From Alphaproteobacteria bacterium (GTDB taxonomy: Bacteria; Pseudomonadota; Alphaproteobacteria; UBA828): a DNA stretch of 64,000 bases. The DNA is taken from the NCBI GenBank assembly GCA_965237415.1, contig CBDEFM010000002.1, positions 3,680,001-3,744,000 of the forward strand, in the 5' to 3' direction. The translations under genes were made by a program, and so were the position numbers. Below are positions 1-9,143 of this stretch, piece by piece. Below the pieces are notes generated by a model that did no database searches, was not told where the DNA came from, and saw only the letters and a program-made list of their open reading frames with translations. Positions within the stretch are counted from its first letter, which is position 1. Each line of letters begins with the position of its first letter.

Positions 1-205
1 CAGCGAGACCGGCGCCAGGTTCACGGCCATGATGTACTCGGTGGCGGGCACGCTCGCCATGAACGGCATCGATGTTCGGCGCTGGCTCGAGGAATGGCTG
101 TCAGCGTGCGCGAAAAATGGCGGAAAACCGCCGGACGACCTGTCGCCCTGGCTGCCATGGTCGATGAGCGAGGGCCGCAGGCGTGCTCTCGCGGCGCCGG
201 GATGA
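1..205 (+). CDS. IS66-family transposase (TnpC) C-terminus, partial at window edge
   Basis: Frame from nt 2 reads SETGARFTAMMYSVAGTLAMNGIDVRRWLEEWL...DDLSPWLPWSM...APG*, matching the IS66 C-terminal S..GA...YS...T...NG.D...WL...LPW pattern. Stop TGA at 203-205 overlaps the next ATG (ATGA). Confidence 0.8.
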   Translation, partial: SETGARFTAMMYSVAGTLAMNGIDVRRWLEEWLSACAKNGGKPPDDLSPWLPWSMSEGRRRALAAPG

Positions 206-1083
206 CCGGCGAGATCGAGTGCCGCTATTACGGGCGCGAGTTCACCGCCGAAGAGATGGCGCTTCTGCGCGTCCTGGTGGCCGGTCCCGCGCGGCTCACC
301 CGCCATGCCCTGTCGAAGGAGTTTTGCCGGCACATCGGCTGGTTCAGGCCCGACGGCGGGCTCAAGGACATGATGGCCAGGGTCACCATGCTGGCCATGC
401 ACAGGGACGGCCTGATCACCCTGCCGCCGCCCAGGTGGCAGCAGGGCCAGCAAAAGCCGATTGTCTTCGGGCCTGACACCGAAACGCCGCTGTTCCCGGC
501 GCCGACAACCCTCGACGAAGTCCGCCCGCTCGAACTGCGCACCGTCGTGCGCGGCACCCGCGAGGGCAAGCTGTGGAACGAGTTCATCGCCCGCTACCAC
601 TATCTCGGCTACAAGACCCTGGTCGGCGCCCAGATGCGCTACGCCGTCCACGACCGAAACGGCTGGCCGCTCGCCATGCTCGGCTTCAGCACCGCGGCCT
701 GGAAGCTCGCGCCGCGCGACAGCTTCATCGGATGGACACAACAGAAGCGCGAGAAGAACCTCCCCCTCGTGGTCGACAACCCGAGGTTCCTGATCCTGCC
801 CTGGATCAAGATCCCCAATCTCGGCTCGCACATTCTCGCCATCGTCCGCCGCCGCCTGCCCGAGGACTGGACCGAGCGCTACAACACCACCCCCGTGCTC
901 ATCGAGACCTTCGTCCAGACCCCGCGCTTCACCGGCGCTGTCTACAAGGCCTCCGGCTGGATCCGTGTCGGAACCACCCAGGGACGCGGCCGCTACGACA
1001 GGTACAGCAAACGCGACCAGCCGAAGAAGGACATCTGGCTCCGGCCTCTCCGGAGGGATTGGAAGCGAACCCTCAATCGGTAA
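202..1083 (+). CDS. DUF4338 domain protein (Druantia DruA-like)
   Basis: Motifs WNEFIARYHYLGY, GAQMRYAV, RDSFIGW, NPRFLILPW, NLGSHIL, LIETFV, GAVYKASGW, GTTQGRGR. Start reassigned to ATG 202, which overlaps the transposase stop. Confidence 0.85.
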   Translation: MTGEIECRYYGREFTAEEMALLRVLVAGPARLTRHALSKEFCRHIGWFRPDGGLKDMMARVTMLAMHRDGLITLPPPRWQQGQQKPIVFGPDTETPLFPAPTTLDEVRPLELRTVVRGTREGKLWNEFIARYHYLGYKTLVGAQMRYAVHDRNGWPLAMLGFSTAAWKLAPRDSFIGWTQQKREKNLPLVVDNPRFLILPWIKIPNLGSHILAIVRRRLPEDWTERYNTTPVLIETFVQTPRFTGAVYKASGWIRVGTTQGRGRYDRYSKRDQPKKDIWLRPLRRDWKRTLNR

Positions 1084-1248
1084 AATCCCCCGGCCGCCGA
1101 ACGCTTACCCTCGAACCGCTGCCGCCATCTTGATTTCCCCAGCTCATGGCCGGCATACATGTGCCGACTCTGTGTTGACAGTTCGTTTTGGCATGCCAGA
1201 ATGGGAATCGAAAACTCCGAAAACTTCAATGTTTCCGGGTGGTTGAGC

Positions 1249-1288
1249 GGTTGCGGGGGCAGAGTTTTAACCTGCGACCTTCAGGTTA
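1249..1288 (-). other. Degenerate 3' half of initiator tRNA-Met (att-site scar)
   Basis: Minus strand TAACCTGAAGGTCGCAGGTTAAAACTCTGCCCCCGCAACC resembles the alphaproteobacterial tRNA-fMet 3' half (TAACCTGAAGGTCGCAGGTTCAAATCCTGCCCCCGCAACCA, recalled). No 5' half is present. Confidence 0.7.
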
Positions 1289-1351
1289 GGCATAGTACCG
1301 GCGTACCGATATCGTTCTCAGTCGACAGGTATAGGCTTACATGCGCAAGCG

Positions 1352-1484
1352 CTAGTCACCTGAATCTGAAGTTCGCCACATAAAGACAACTATATTGCAC
1401 GACCACATTCTTCGACAATAGAGCGACTTAGTGTGACGACACTGCCAATTGAAAATGATCTCAACTTCAGTGTCAGGTGACTAG
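1352..1484. mobile_element. MITE family A, copy 1 (133 bp, CTAG-bounded)
   Basis: TIR CTAGTCACCTGA..CTGAAGTT / AACTTCAG..TCAGGTGACTAG. AT-rich interior, no transposase, five copies in the window. Confidence 0.9.
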
Positions 1485-1632
1485 AACAGGCCTGTTAATG
1501 ATGTGCTCACGCCTAAGTACGTGCCACGCAAGGCACTATATTGGCCACTGAAGATTTTTATGAATTGTCAGTGGGCTGTAGGACAGCGTTGGCCACAGCT
1601 TGCGGACATCCTTTCTGTTCGGCTACACGATC

Positions 1633-3296
1633 CAGACCGTGTGAAAACTCTGGGTGGCGGGGGATTCCGTGCGGCTCATGGCGATGTTAGGGTCCGGCAT
1701 GAGACACATTCCTGGCATTGACCGCTCTCAGGTTCTGCTTCTGCCGGAAGCAGTGGACGATTACGTGGGCCGGGATAACCCGGTCCGTTTCATCGACGCC
1801 TTCGTGGATGGTTTGGACTTAGCGGCCGCTGGTTTCGAGCGCGCCGCGCCGAAGGCGACGGGTCGTCCCGGCTACGATCCGGCGGACCTGCTGAAGCTCT
1901 ACATATACGGTTATCTCAATCGGGTACGTTCGAGCCGCCGGCTGGAGGCCGAGAGCAAGCGCAATCTCGAAGTGATCTGGCTGTTGCGGCGTTTGTCGCC
2001 GGACTTCAAGACGATCGCCGATTTCCGGCGGATCAATCGGGCGGCGTTCCGCCAGGTGTTTCGGGAGTTCGTGAGGCTATGCCGCGAACTGGAGCTGTTT
2101 GGACGCGAGCTGGTGGCGGTCGATGGCACTCGGATCAAGGCAGTGAACAGCCGGGAGCGGAACTTCACCAAAGCGAAGCTGGAGAAGGCGTTGGCCGAGA
2201 GCGACGAGAGGTTGTCGCGTTATCTCGACCGGCTCGACGAGGCCGACGGGCAAGACGAGGGCGGCACCGGCGGCGGCGAGGTGGAGCATATCGAGGAGAA
2301 GATCGCTGCGATCCAAGGGCGGCGTGAGCGGTTTGAGGAACATCGAGACGCGCTGGCTGCGAGTGGCGAGGACCAGCTCTCTTTGACGGATCCGGACGGC
2401 CGGGCGATGCACGCCGCGACCCGGGTCGGTGTCGGCTACAACATCCAGATCGCGGTGGACGCCAAGCACAAACTGATCGCCGAGCAGCAGGTCCATAACA
2501 AGGTCAGCGATCTCGGTCTATTGGCCGAGACGGCGGTGGTGGCCCGTCGGAACCTGGCCGTCGATCGGATCGACGCGGTCGCCGACGCGGGCTACTTCAA
2601 GATCGAGGATATCGAGGCCTGCGAGAATGCCGGCGTCATGCCGCATGTGCCCAAGCCCCAGCGCGGATCAACGGTGAGCCAGGGGCTCTTTCCCAAGGAA
2701 CGCTTCCGCTATCACGGCGGCGAGGACATTTACATCTGCCCCGACGGCCAACGCCTGGCGCTACACAGCAAGCGCAAGCGCCGCGACATCTTCTTCGCCA
2801 GTTACGCCAATCGCGCCGCGTGCAAGGAGTGCCAACTCAAGTCGAAGTGTACGAAGAGCGCCTTCCGTCGGGTCCTGCGCTATGTCGACGAAGCGATCCT
2901 GGAGCGCATGGCAGAACGATTGGCGGCCCGCCCGGAGCTGCTCGATGCGCGCCGTGAAAGCGTCGAGCATCCCTTCGACACGATCAAACAATGGATGGGC
3001 CAGGGTGCCTTCCTGACCCGGCGGCTGGAGAGCGTGCGCGGCGAGTTCAGCATCACGGCGCTGGCTTACAACATCCGCCGCGCGATCTCTCTGGTAGGTG
3101 TTCCCGCCTTGATCGCCGCCGCGAGGGCGTGAGACGGGAGTCTGGCCCAAATCGAGCGCCGCACATCGATCCACGGAGGCCTGGAGCCCCTTCCGCGGGG
3201 CTACCGGCGCCAAACCGCCGGACTACGTGGGATCGCGGCAAATCATGGTGACCTAAACCTCCATCCCCGCCACCGCCCGAGTTTTCACACGGTCTG
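1633..3296 (+). mobile_element. IS1182-family insertion sequence
   Basis: TIR CAGACCGTGTGAAAACTC / GAGTTTTCACACGGTCTG. GATC is repeated at 1629-1632 and 3297-3300. Confidence 0.9.
1699..3132 (+). CDS. IS1182-family transposase
   Basis: GRPGYDP..LLKLYIYGY..RSSRRLE, PDFKTIADFRR, VDGTRIKA, TDPDGR, ADAGY, RRESVEHPF motifs. Confidence 0.93.
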   Translation: MRHIPGIDRSQVLLLPEAVDDYVGRDNPVRFIDAFVDGLDLAAAGFERAAPKATGRPGYDPADLLKLYIYGYLNRVRSSRRLEAESKRNLEVIWLLRRLSPDFKTIADFRRINRAAFRQVFREFVRLCRELELFGRELVAVDGTRIKAVNSRERNFTKAKLEKALAESDERLSRYLDRLDEADGQDEGGTGGGEVEHIEEKIAAIQGRRERFEEHRDALAASGEDQLSLTDPDGRAMHAATRVGVGYNIQIAVDAKHKLIAEQQVHNKVSDLGLLAETAVVARRNLAVDRIDAVADAGYFKIEDIEACENAGVMPHVPKPQRGSTVSQGLFPKERFRYHGGEDIYICPDGQRLALHSKRKRRDIFFASYANRAACKECQLKSKCTKSAFRRVLRYVDEAILERMAERLAARPELLDARRESVEHPFDTIKQWMGQGAFLTRRLESVRGEFSITALAYNIRRAISLVGVPALIAAARA

Positions 3297-3328
3297 GATC
3301 GTGTAGCCGCCAGTGAAGCCGTTGGCCA

Positions 3329-3766
3329 TCAGATATCGAGCCGCTCATCGGCGAGTTGGCGCCGTTTCTCAAGGTCGAAACGACCCTCGTAGATCGGCCG
3401 CCCTCCTGTGGTCGGACCCGGATACTGCACGTACAGAATTAGGCCGCCCTTCTCGGTGTGCAACGCCTCCTCGTAGTGCGGGTCGGGATAGAAGAACATC
3501 GTTCCGGGGCCATGGGTCTTCCCACCGATCTCGAACTCGCCTTCCAGGATGTACCAGACCTGCGCGAAGTCGTGCCGGTGATAGGGATGATGGGCGCCGG
3601 GATCGTAACGGACGAGACCCGCGTTGGGCCCTGTGGGACACTCTGCTCGCGGATGAAATACCATTTTCGCATGCTGGCCCGGGAATCGCTGCACACGCCA
3701 AGGAAGCTCGTCTGGATGCCCGATGACGCACCCACTATCCGCTTCGCCAGCCTGTTCATTTGCCAT
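3329..3766 (-). CDS. Cupin domain protein (ChrR/cupin_7-like)
   Basis: HPYHRHDFAQVWYILEGEF..G..HGPGT..PDPHYE cupin motifs. Last gene of a minus-strand run. Confidence 0.75.
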   Translation of the reverse strand: MANEQAGEADSGCVIGHPDELPWRVQRFPGQHAKMVFHPRAECPTGPNAGLVRYDPGAHHPYHRHDFAQVWYILEGEFEIGGKTHGPGTMFFYPDPHYEEALHTEKGGLILYVQYPGPTTGGRPIYEGRFDLEKRRQLADERLDI

Positions 3767-3807
3767 GGTCTTCCCTCGCTCCTTGCATTCGGCGCCCCGT
3801 CCCGGCG

Positions 3808-4497
3808 TTAGAGACGCGCCCGCAGCGCGGCGACGACGTCCTCAGCGGTCATCACGTCGCCGAATTGCTGGATAACATTCTCCAGCGTTGCGCGATGCTC
3901 GTCGTCGGAGAGCGCGGCGCAGCAATCGGACAGCATGACCACCTTGAAGTCCAATTGCATGGCATCGCGGGCGGTCGATTCGCAGCACACGTTCGTCTTG
4001 GTGCCCGCGATCAACACATTCTCAATGCCGTAACCGTGCAGCCAGCGCTCGAGATGCGACGAGCCGGGGATCAGCGCGCTATAACGTGTCTTGACTATAC
4101 GAACATCCTCAGGCTCGACGTTGAGTTCGTGCCAGATCTCCTGCCCATCGCCGGCGGGCGACATGCTTTCCATGCTGCGTTCGCGCACAGCGCCGCCAAG
4201 GATGCCGTTGTAGTAGAGGTTCCATTCGCTGCCGCCGCCGTCGTTGCGGTGGGTCATCGTGATCCAGACGATTTTGACGCCCACTCCGCGCAGCTCGCTG
4301 ATCAGACCGTTCAGTGTTTGGACGATGCTGCGTGAGGCGGGCACCTCCGCCGCCGCTCCCTCCTGGCAGAAGGTATTCTGCATATCGATCACGAGCAGCG
4401 CCGTCTTCAAAGGATCAAGCGTTTCGTAGACATGGAACTTGCCACGCTTGGCAAGCACGCGATCGACGATCTCGTCGCGTATGTCGACCCGATGCAT
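3808..4497 (-). CDS. Isochorismatase-family cysteine hydrolase (RutB-like)
   Basis: ALLVIDMQN (Asp), KTRYSAL (Lys), GTKTNVCCESTARDA (Cys) catalytic triad. Confidence 0.9.
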   Translation of the reverse strand: MHRVDIRDEIVDRVLAKRGKFHVYETLDPLKTALLVIDMQNTFCQEGAAAEVPASRSIVQTLNGLISELRGVGVKIVWITMTHRNDGGGSEWNLYYNGILGGAVRERSMESMSPAGDGQEIWHELNVEPEDVRIVKTRYSALIPGSSHLERWLHGYGIENVLIAGTKTNVCCESTARDAMQLDFKVVMLSDCCAALSDDEHRATLENVIQQFGDVMTAEDVVAALRARL

Positions 4498-4541
4498 GGT
4501 TGGTCTCCTCTTCGGCTCCCTCGCAGGTGCCCACGACGCCG

Positions 4542-4829
4542 CTATAGGAACAGGACATCGTTCAAGAACGGCTCACCCTTTGATGCGGTCTCGGTGTCCA
4601 AGAGGGTCCCGCAGCCGGGGCAAAGAAATCTTCGCAGAACGACGTCTCCCTCCGTCACGTGGAGGGGCCCCGCCACCTTTTCCATGGGCGTTTCATTAAG
4701 CAACGCTCTCGACTTCCACGGCTCTCCGGCCGGGCCCAGGCGATGACCGCACGCTTGGCAGCAGACGTACTGCTCCGCCTGAGTCGATAGGATCTCGAGC
4801 GTTTCTGACATCCGTCGGCGTGAACTCAT
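4542..4829 (-). CDS. Acetone carboxylase gamma-subunit-like zinc-ribbon protein
   Basis: CQACGH and FLCPGCGTLLDTE cysteine pairs. Lies directly after hydantoinase B. Start is 4829 or 4811. Confidence 0.8.
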   Translation of the reverse strand: MSSRRRMSETLEILSTQAEQYVCCQACGHRLGPAGEPWKSRALLNETPMEKVAGPLHVTEGDVVLRRFLCPGCGTLLDTETASKGEPFLNDVLFL

Positions 4830-4866
4830 CTGCCGGGTTCCGTCGGACCGCTTGGTGAGCGACGTC

Positions 4867-6771
4867 TTACTCGGCCGCCTGGGAAATCGGTCGGGCGCGA
4901 TCCATGCGCTCCTTACGGAGTTCGGCGCGGTGGCCGTCCGTCGCGGCGACATCCACGTTGTCCGCCTCCTCGGCGATAACGACGCCGTAGACGTCGCGCG
5001 CTGCCCCCAGCGAGACGATCCCGGTCCTATAGTCGGCGAGCACCCTTTCGGGTTCGCGCAACAGCGGATCGCCGACGCCGCCGCCGCCGCTCCAGCGCAC
5101 GTAGAGCACGTCCTCCCCTCGGAGCGGAAACAGTCCCCACCCCGTAGTTTCACGAGGACCGCCTATGTCCTCGATCCTTTGCGCGAACTGCCGATCCACG
5201 TTGCTGCGCACGAGCGCCGGTTGGTCCGATGTATTCGCGCCGTTCGACCCGGTGGGTTGCTCGGCACTGGGCTCCGCCTCGTCCCGGATCAGGAAGAAAT
5301 TGGCCGGGGCCCCGGGATAACCGCCGCCTAGGCCCTCGGCGAGCGGGAACAAGACTCCTTTACTGGAAACGTTGTAGTTCATGCTTTTCGGGGCGTCATG
5401 CGCGACCAGCGCGTACTCACCGCCGGCGCCGCCGCGGAACCGACCTGCTCCGCCGGAATCGCGCATGCGCCGGCGAAAGAGATAGCGGACCGCGAACGTT
5501 CCCTCGGTGGTCTCGACGTTGGCCATCCGGCAGATCGGATTTACCAGCTCACCGCCGAGGTCGACACCGTCGGCGAAGGTGCGCGCGCCGCCCGAACCGG
5601 AGAAGGCCTCGGTCTGGAAGCCTATCGTCTCCAGACCCTCCTGGTTGATCCCGAAAAGGAAGAGCGCGTGCAGGGTGCCATGCCAAACGCCCGTGGCCTG
5701 CTGCGCATGTTTTTCGCTCGCCAGCAGCATCTTGCTGAGCACGGTCGTCGAAGCGTTGTTGACCGACTGCACACCGCAGACCGTCGCGCAAGATGTCGGC
5801 GCCGGACGGGTCGCGTTGATCACCGTGCCCTCCGGCGCAATCATCTCGACCGGTCTGAGCAGCCCCTCGTTCCAGCTGAGGTCGTAAGCAAGCAGCGGAA
5901 ACAAGGGAGCGAACAAAGCGCCGAGAACCGCCCAGTACGAGCAATTGATCCCATAGGTCTCCGATTGCGGGCTCGATCCCGTGAAATCGTAGGTCAGACG
6001 GTCACCGCGCTTGGTCATGGCCAAGTTGATGCGATAGACCTCGTTACGCACGTCGATGTACTGGCGAGCCTCCCATCTGCCATCGGGCAATTCGCGAAGA
6101 CGTTCTCGGAGCAACTGCTCCGACTGATCGATGAGTGTCTGGCCGATCTCATCCAAGGTCTCGGCACCATACTTGTCGAGCAGGGTCACCATGCGGTCAC
6201 GCGCAACATTGCCGGCGGCGATCAAGGACGAGATGTCGAGCGCCACCATCTCGGGCACGCGGACCATGTTGAGCAGCGTCTGGCGCGCGTCTCTGCGGAT
6301 CTCGCCGCGCTCGAGAACTTTGATGCCCGGGGTGCTGAAGCCTTCCATGAACACCGAGGTCGCGTCGGGACTGAATCCACCCTCGTTCACCGCACCGATG
6401 TCGTACACGTGAACAAAACAGGCGCTCCAGGCAACGAGTTCGCCATCGTAGTGTATGGGGGTGACCATGAAGACATCCGAGGTATGCATCGCCGCGGTGT
6501 AAGGACAATTGGTCAGGAACATGTCGCCTTGGTGAATGTCCCCGTCAAACTGGCGGAGGATCACGCGGACGGCCTCGGCAGCGGGGATCAGATGGTGCAG
6601 AAACCCGACGCCGCCAAGCAGGAGATCGCCGTTGGCGCGATAGAGAGACACCATCAGGTCGTGCCCTTCGTTCGTTATGGCGCTGCCCGTCACATGTTTT
6701 AGCGTAATGATCGCCTCCTGGATGATCCGGAACATGCGATGGCGAATGATTTCGAAGGTGATTGGGTCCAC
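4867..6771 (-). CDS. Hydantoinase B/oxoprolinase family protein
   Basis: DPITFEIIRHR, GDMFLTNCPY...HTSD, HVYDIG, DSGGAGRFRGG, GGGGVGDPLLREPERV motifs. Confidence 0.92.
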   Translation of the reverse strand: MDPITFEIIRHRMFRIIQEAIITLKHVTGSAITNEGHDLMVSLYRANGDLLLGGVGFLHHLIPAAEAVRVILRQFDGDIHQGDMFLTNCPYTAAMHTSDVFMVTPIHYDGELVAWSACFVHVYDIGAVNEGGFSPDATSVFMEGFSTPGIKVLERGEIRRDARQTLLNMVRVPEMVALDISSLIAAGNVARDRMVTLLDKYGAETLDEIGQTLIDQSEQLLRERLRELPDGRWEARQYIDVRNEVYRINLAMTKRGDRLTYDFTGSSPQSETYGINCSYWAVLGALFAPLFPLLAYDLSWNEGLLRPVEMIAPEGTVINATRPAPTSCATVCGVQSVNNASTTVLSKMLLASEKHAQQATGVWHGTLHALFLFGINQEGLETIGFQTEAFSGSGGARTFADGVDLGGELVNPICRMANVETTEGTFAVRYLFRRRMRDSGGAGRFRGGAGGEYALVAHDAPKSMNYNVSSKGVLFPLAEGLGGGYPGAPANFFLIRDEAEPSAEQPTGSNGANTSDQPALVRSNVDRQFAQRIEDIGGPRETTGWGLFPLRGEDVLYVRWSGGGGVGDPLLREPERVLADYRTGIVSLGAARDVYGVVIAEEADNVDVAATDGHRAELRKERMDRARPISQAAE

Positions 6772-6780
6772 AGCGCACCT

Positions 6781-8898
6781 CTATGCAAATTCGATGATAA
6801 GGTTACGATACTCGTCCACGTGCCCGGTCTGATCTTGCTGCACCACGATGGTGGTGATCGGGGTATGGATGACCGCCGGCCCTGTGAGGACGTTGCCCGG
6901 AGCGAGCCGCGTGAAGTCGTAGATATCCGCGGGGGCAAAGCCGTCGCTCGCGTCAACAAAGACGTCGCGCGTGCCGGTCTTGGCCGCGCTCGCGTCCAGC
7001 GTCCCCTGCGGTGCCTTCTCGATCGCCGGCGGGGTGATGTAGCCCCGTGCCGTCAGGCGGATCAGCGTCATCTCGACGCCCGCCCCGCGATAGCTTGAAC
7101 CCCTGCCGAACTTGCGCTCGTAAAGCGTCTCGAAATCTCCGATGAGGCGCTCGATTGCGGAGTCGTCCAGAGGCCCGCTGTCCCGCACCGGAGTCGTTAC
7201 CTCATGTACCTGACGGGCGAAGCGCAGGTCAACCGACCTCTCAAGACGCATGCGGCGCTGGTCGATTCCCTCCAGCCGGAGCTGCTCGGTGGCCCGTGTC
7301 TCCATTCGAGCGAAGATTCCGGTCAGCTCGTCCGGATCGAACGGCGGCCGAAGTCGCACGGCGTCCGTATACTCGTGAACGATGTCCGCCGAAACCAAGC
7401 CGAATGCGCAGTTCACGGCGGCGGTATACGGGACCACGATGCGCTTTACACCGAGCTCCTCGCCGAACAATGCGCAGACCAGCGGGCAGGTTCCGCCGAA
7501 CGCGTGGAGAACGAACTCGCGTGGGTCAACTCCGCGCTCGATGGTGACCTCGCGCACGAGATCGGTGATTTGAGCGACGGCTATGCGGTAAATGCCGATC
7601 GCCGCCGCGTCCGGTTCCATGCCCATCGGCTCGGCGATGGTACGCGTGAATATGTCGCGCGTGGTGTCGACGTCGAGTGTCATGGTGCCGCCAAGGAAGA
7701 TATCCGGGTCGAGATATCCGATCAGCAACAACACGTCGGTCAGCGTCGGCTCGGTTCCGCCCCGGCCGTAGCAAATCGGCCCCGGATCGGCACCCGCGCT
7801 TCGCGGCCCGATTCGGGGCGCCCCGGTGCGCGGGTCCAACGACACGATGCTGCCTCCGCCGGCGCCTATCGACACCACCTCTATTTTCGGCGCGATGTAG
7901 TGGAAGCGGCCGAGGATCGGATTCCGCGCATATTCGAGCTGACCGTCCTCGATCACAGCGGCCTTGAAAGTCGTGCCGCCCATATCCGTCGCGATGACAT
8001 CCAGATCGCCCATGAGCTGACCCAGATATTTGCTGCCCAGTACGCCGGCTGCCGGTCCGCACTCGATCATCCCGACGCTGCGGTTGACGGCCTCCTCGGC
8101 CGGCAGCAGCCCGCCATAACCCTGCATGACCAGGAGAGGGCCGTCGTAGCCGTACCCGGCAAGCAGGCGCTTCATGTCGGTGAGATAGCCGTGGGCGATG
8201 CGGCCACCGAACGCGTTGATTACTGTAGTCGACGTGCGCTCGTACTCGCCCGGAATCGGCGCGACCGCGCTGGAGACGGTGACGAAGGTGTCATGGGCGA
8301 CCCGCTGGACGATCTCGGCGACGCGCCTTTCATGATCCGCATTCTTGAATGACCAAAGAAAACAAATAGCGATAGCTTCGACGCCCTTGTCGTTCACCAG
8401 ATACCTGACCGCCCTCTCGGCTTCCTCCTCGTCGAGTGGACGGATCACGGCGCCCTTGTAGTCGATGCGTTCGGGAACCCCGCGAATCAGGGAGTAGTCA
8501 ACCAGCGGCTCCGCCCGGTCGGTCGCGATCGGGTTCTTGATTCCTTCCTCGCTCAGGCCGGCCCAGCGCCCGTAGGGGCCACGCGTCGCGAGGAGGGTGT
8601 CCTCGAAGCCCTCGGTAGTGATGAGACCGGTCCGCGGCCCATGACGCGTCAGAATGGCGTTGTCGATGACTGTGGTTCCATGGATGAATAGCCTGGTGGC
8701 AGCGAGAAGTTCAGTTGTCGACAAATCCATGGCGTGCGCGGCCGAGGCGATCGATGCCATAACGCCGTCGGCAAAGTTCGGCGGTGTCGATAAGACCTTT
8801 CCGAGTTGGATGGGTTCCCCGACGGCGAAAACGACCGTGTCGGTGCAGGTACCTCCCACATCCGTGGCCACGACATACTTATTCGCCGCTTCGCTCAT
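6781..8898 (-). CDS. Hydantoinase A/oxoprolinase family protein (ATP-binding subunit)
   Basis: DVGGTCTD, HGTT..NA, EYERTSTTVINA, DMGGTT, IGAGGGSI, SAGADPGPICYGRGG motifs. Confidence 0.93.
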   Translation of the reverse strand: MSEAANKYVVATDVGGTCTDTVVFAVGEPIQLGKVLSTPPNFADGVMASIASAAHAMDLSTTELLAATRLFIHGTTVIDNAILTRHGPRTGLITTEGFEDTLLATRGPYGRWAGLSEEGIKNPIATDRAEPLVDYSLIRGVPERIDYKGAVIRPLDEEEAERAVRYLVNDKGVEAIAICFLWSFKNADHERRVAEIVQRVAHDTFVTVSSAVAPIPGEYERTSTTVINAFGGRIAHGYLTDMKRLLAGYGYDGPLLVMQGYGGLLPAEEAVNRSVGMIECGPAAGVLGSKYLGQLMGDLDVIATDMGGTTFKAAVIEDGQLEYARNPILGRFHYIAPKIEVVSIGAGGGSIVSLDPRTGAPRIGPRSAGADPGPICYGRGGTEPTLTDVLLLIGYLDPDIFLGGTMTLDVDTTRDIFTRTIAEPMGMEPDAAAIGIYRIAVAQITDLVREVTIERGVDPREFVLHAFGGTCPLVCALFGEELGVKRIVVPYTAAVNCAFGLVSADIVHEYTDAVRLRPPFDPDELTGIFARMETRATEQLRLEGIDQRRMRLERSVDLRFARQVHEVTTPVRDSGPLDDSAIERLIGDFETLYERKFGRGSSYRGAGVEMTLIRLTARGYITPPAIEKAPQGTLDASAAKTGTRDVFVDASDGFAPADIYDFTRLAPGNVLTGPAVIHTPITTIVVQQDQTGHVDEYRNLIIEFA

Positions 8899-9002
8899 GA
8901 GGAAACCAACGGTCCTCCCAGTTGTCGTCAGGCGGCTCCATCAATTTTGTACTGCCACTGCATTCCTATGCAGTGCGGTCGGGCAGGCGTTCGTAGCCTC
9001 CG

Positions 9003-9135
9003 CTAGTCACCTGAATCTGAAGTTCGCCACATAAAGCTAACTATGTTGAACGACTAAATTCTTCGACAATAGAGCGACTTAGTGTGGCAGCACTGCTAAT
9101 CTATAATGATCTCAACTTCAGTGCCAGATGACTAG
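9003..9135. mobile_element. MITE family A, copy 2 (diverged)
   Basis: Same length and TIRs as 1352-1484, with several substitutions. Confidence 0.88.
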
Positions 9136-9143
9136 CTTCTCCG

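Larger units (their letters stand above)
1..1108 (+). mobile_element. Right part of an IS66-type element carrying a DUF4338 gene
   Basis: TnpC tail, then DUF4338, then ...CCGAACGCTTAC ending at 1108 (reverse complement GTAAGCG, the typical IS66 terminus). Confidence 0.72.

Noticed and set aside
94-201. N-terminal extension of DUF4338 given by the ORF track
   Set aside because: It overlaps the IS66 transposase tail in another frame. ATG 202 is the coupled start.
202-1083. Complete Druantia defence system
   Set aside because: No DruE helicase or druB-D genes are visible. The context is an IS66 element.
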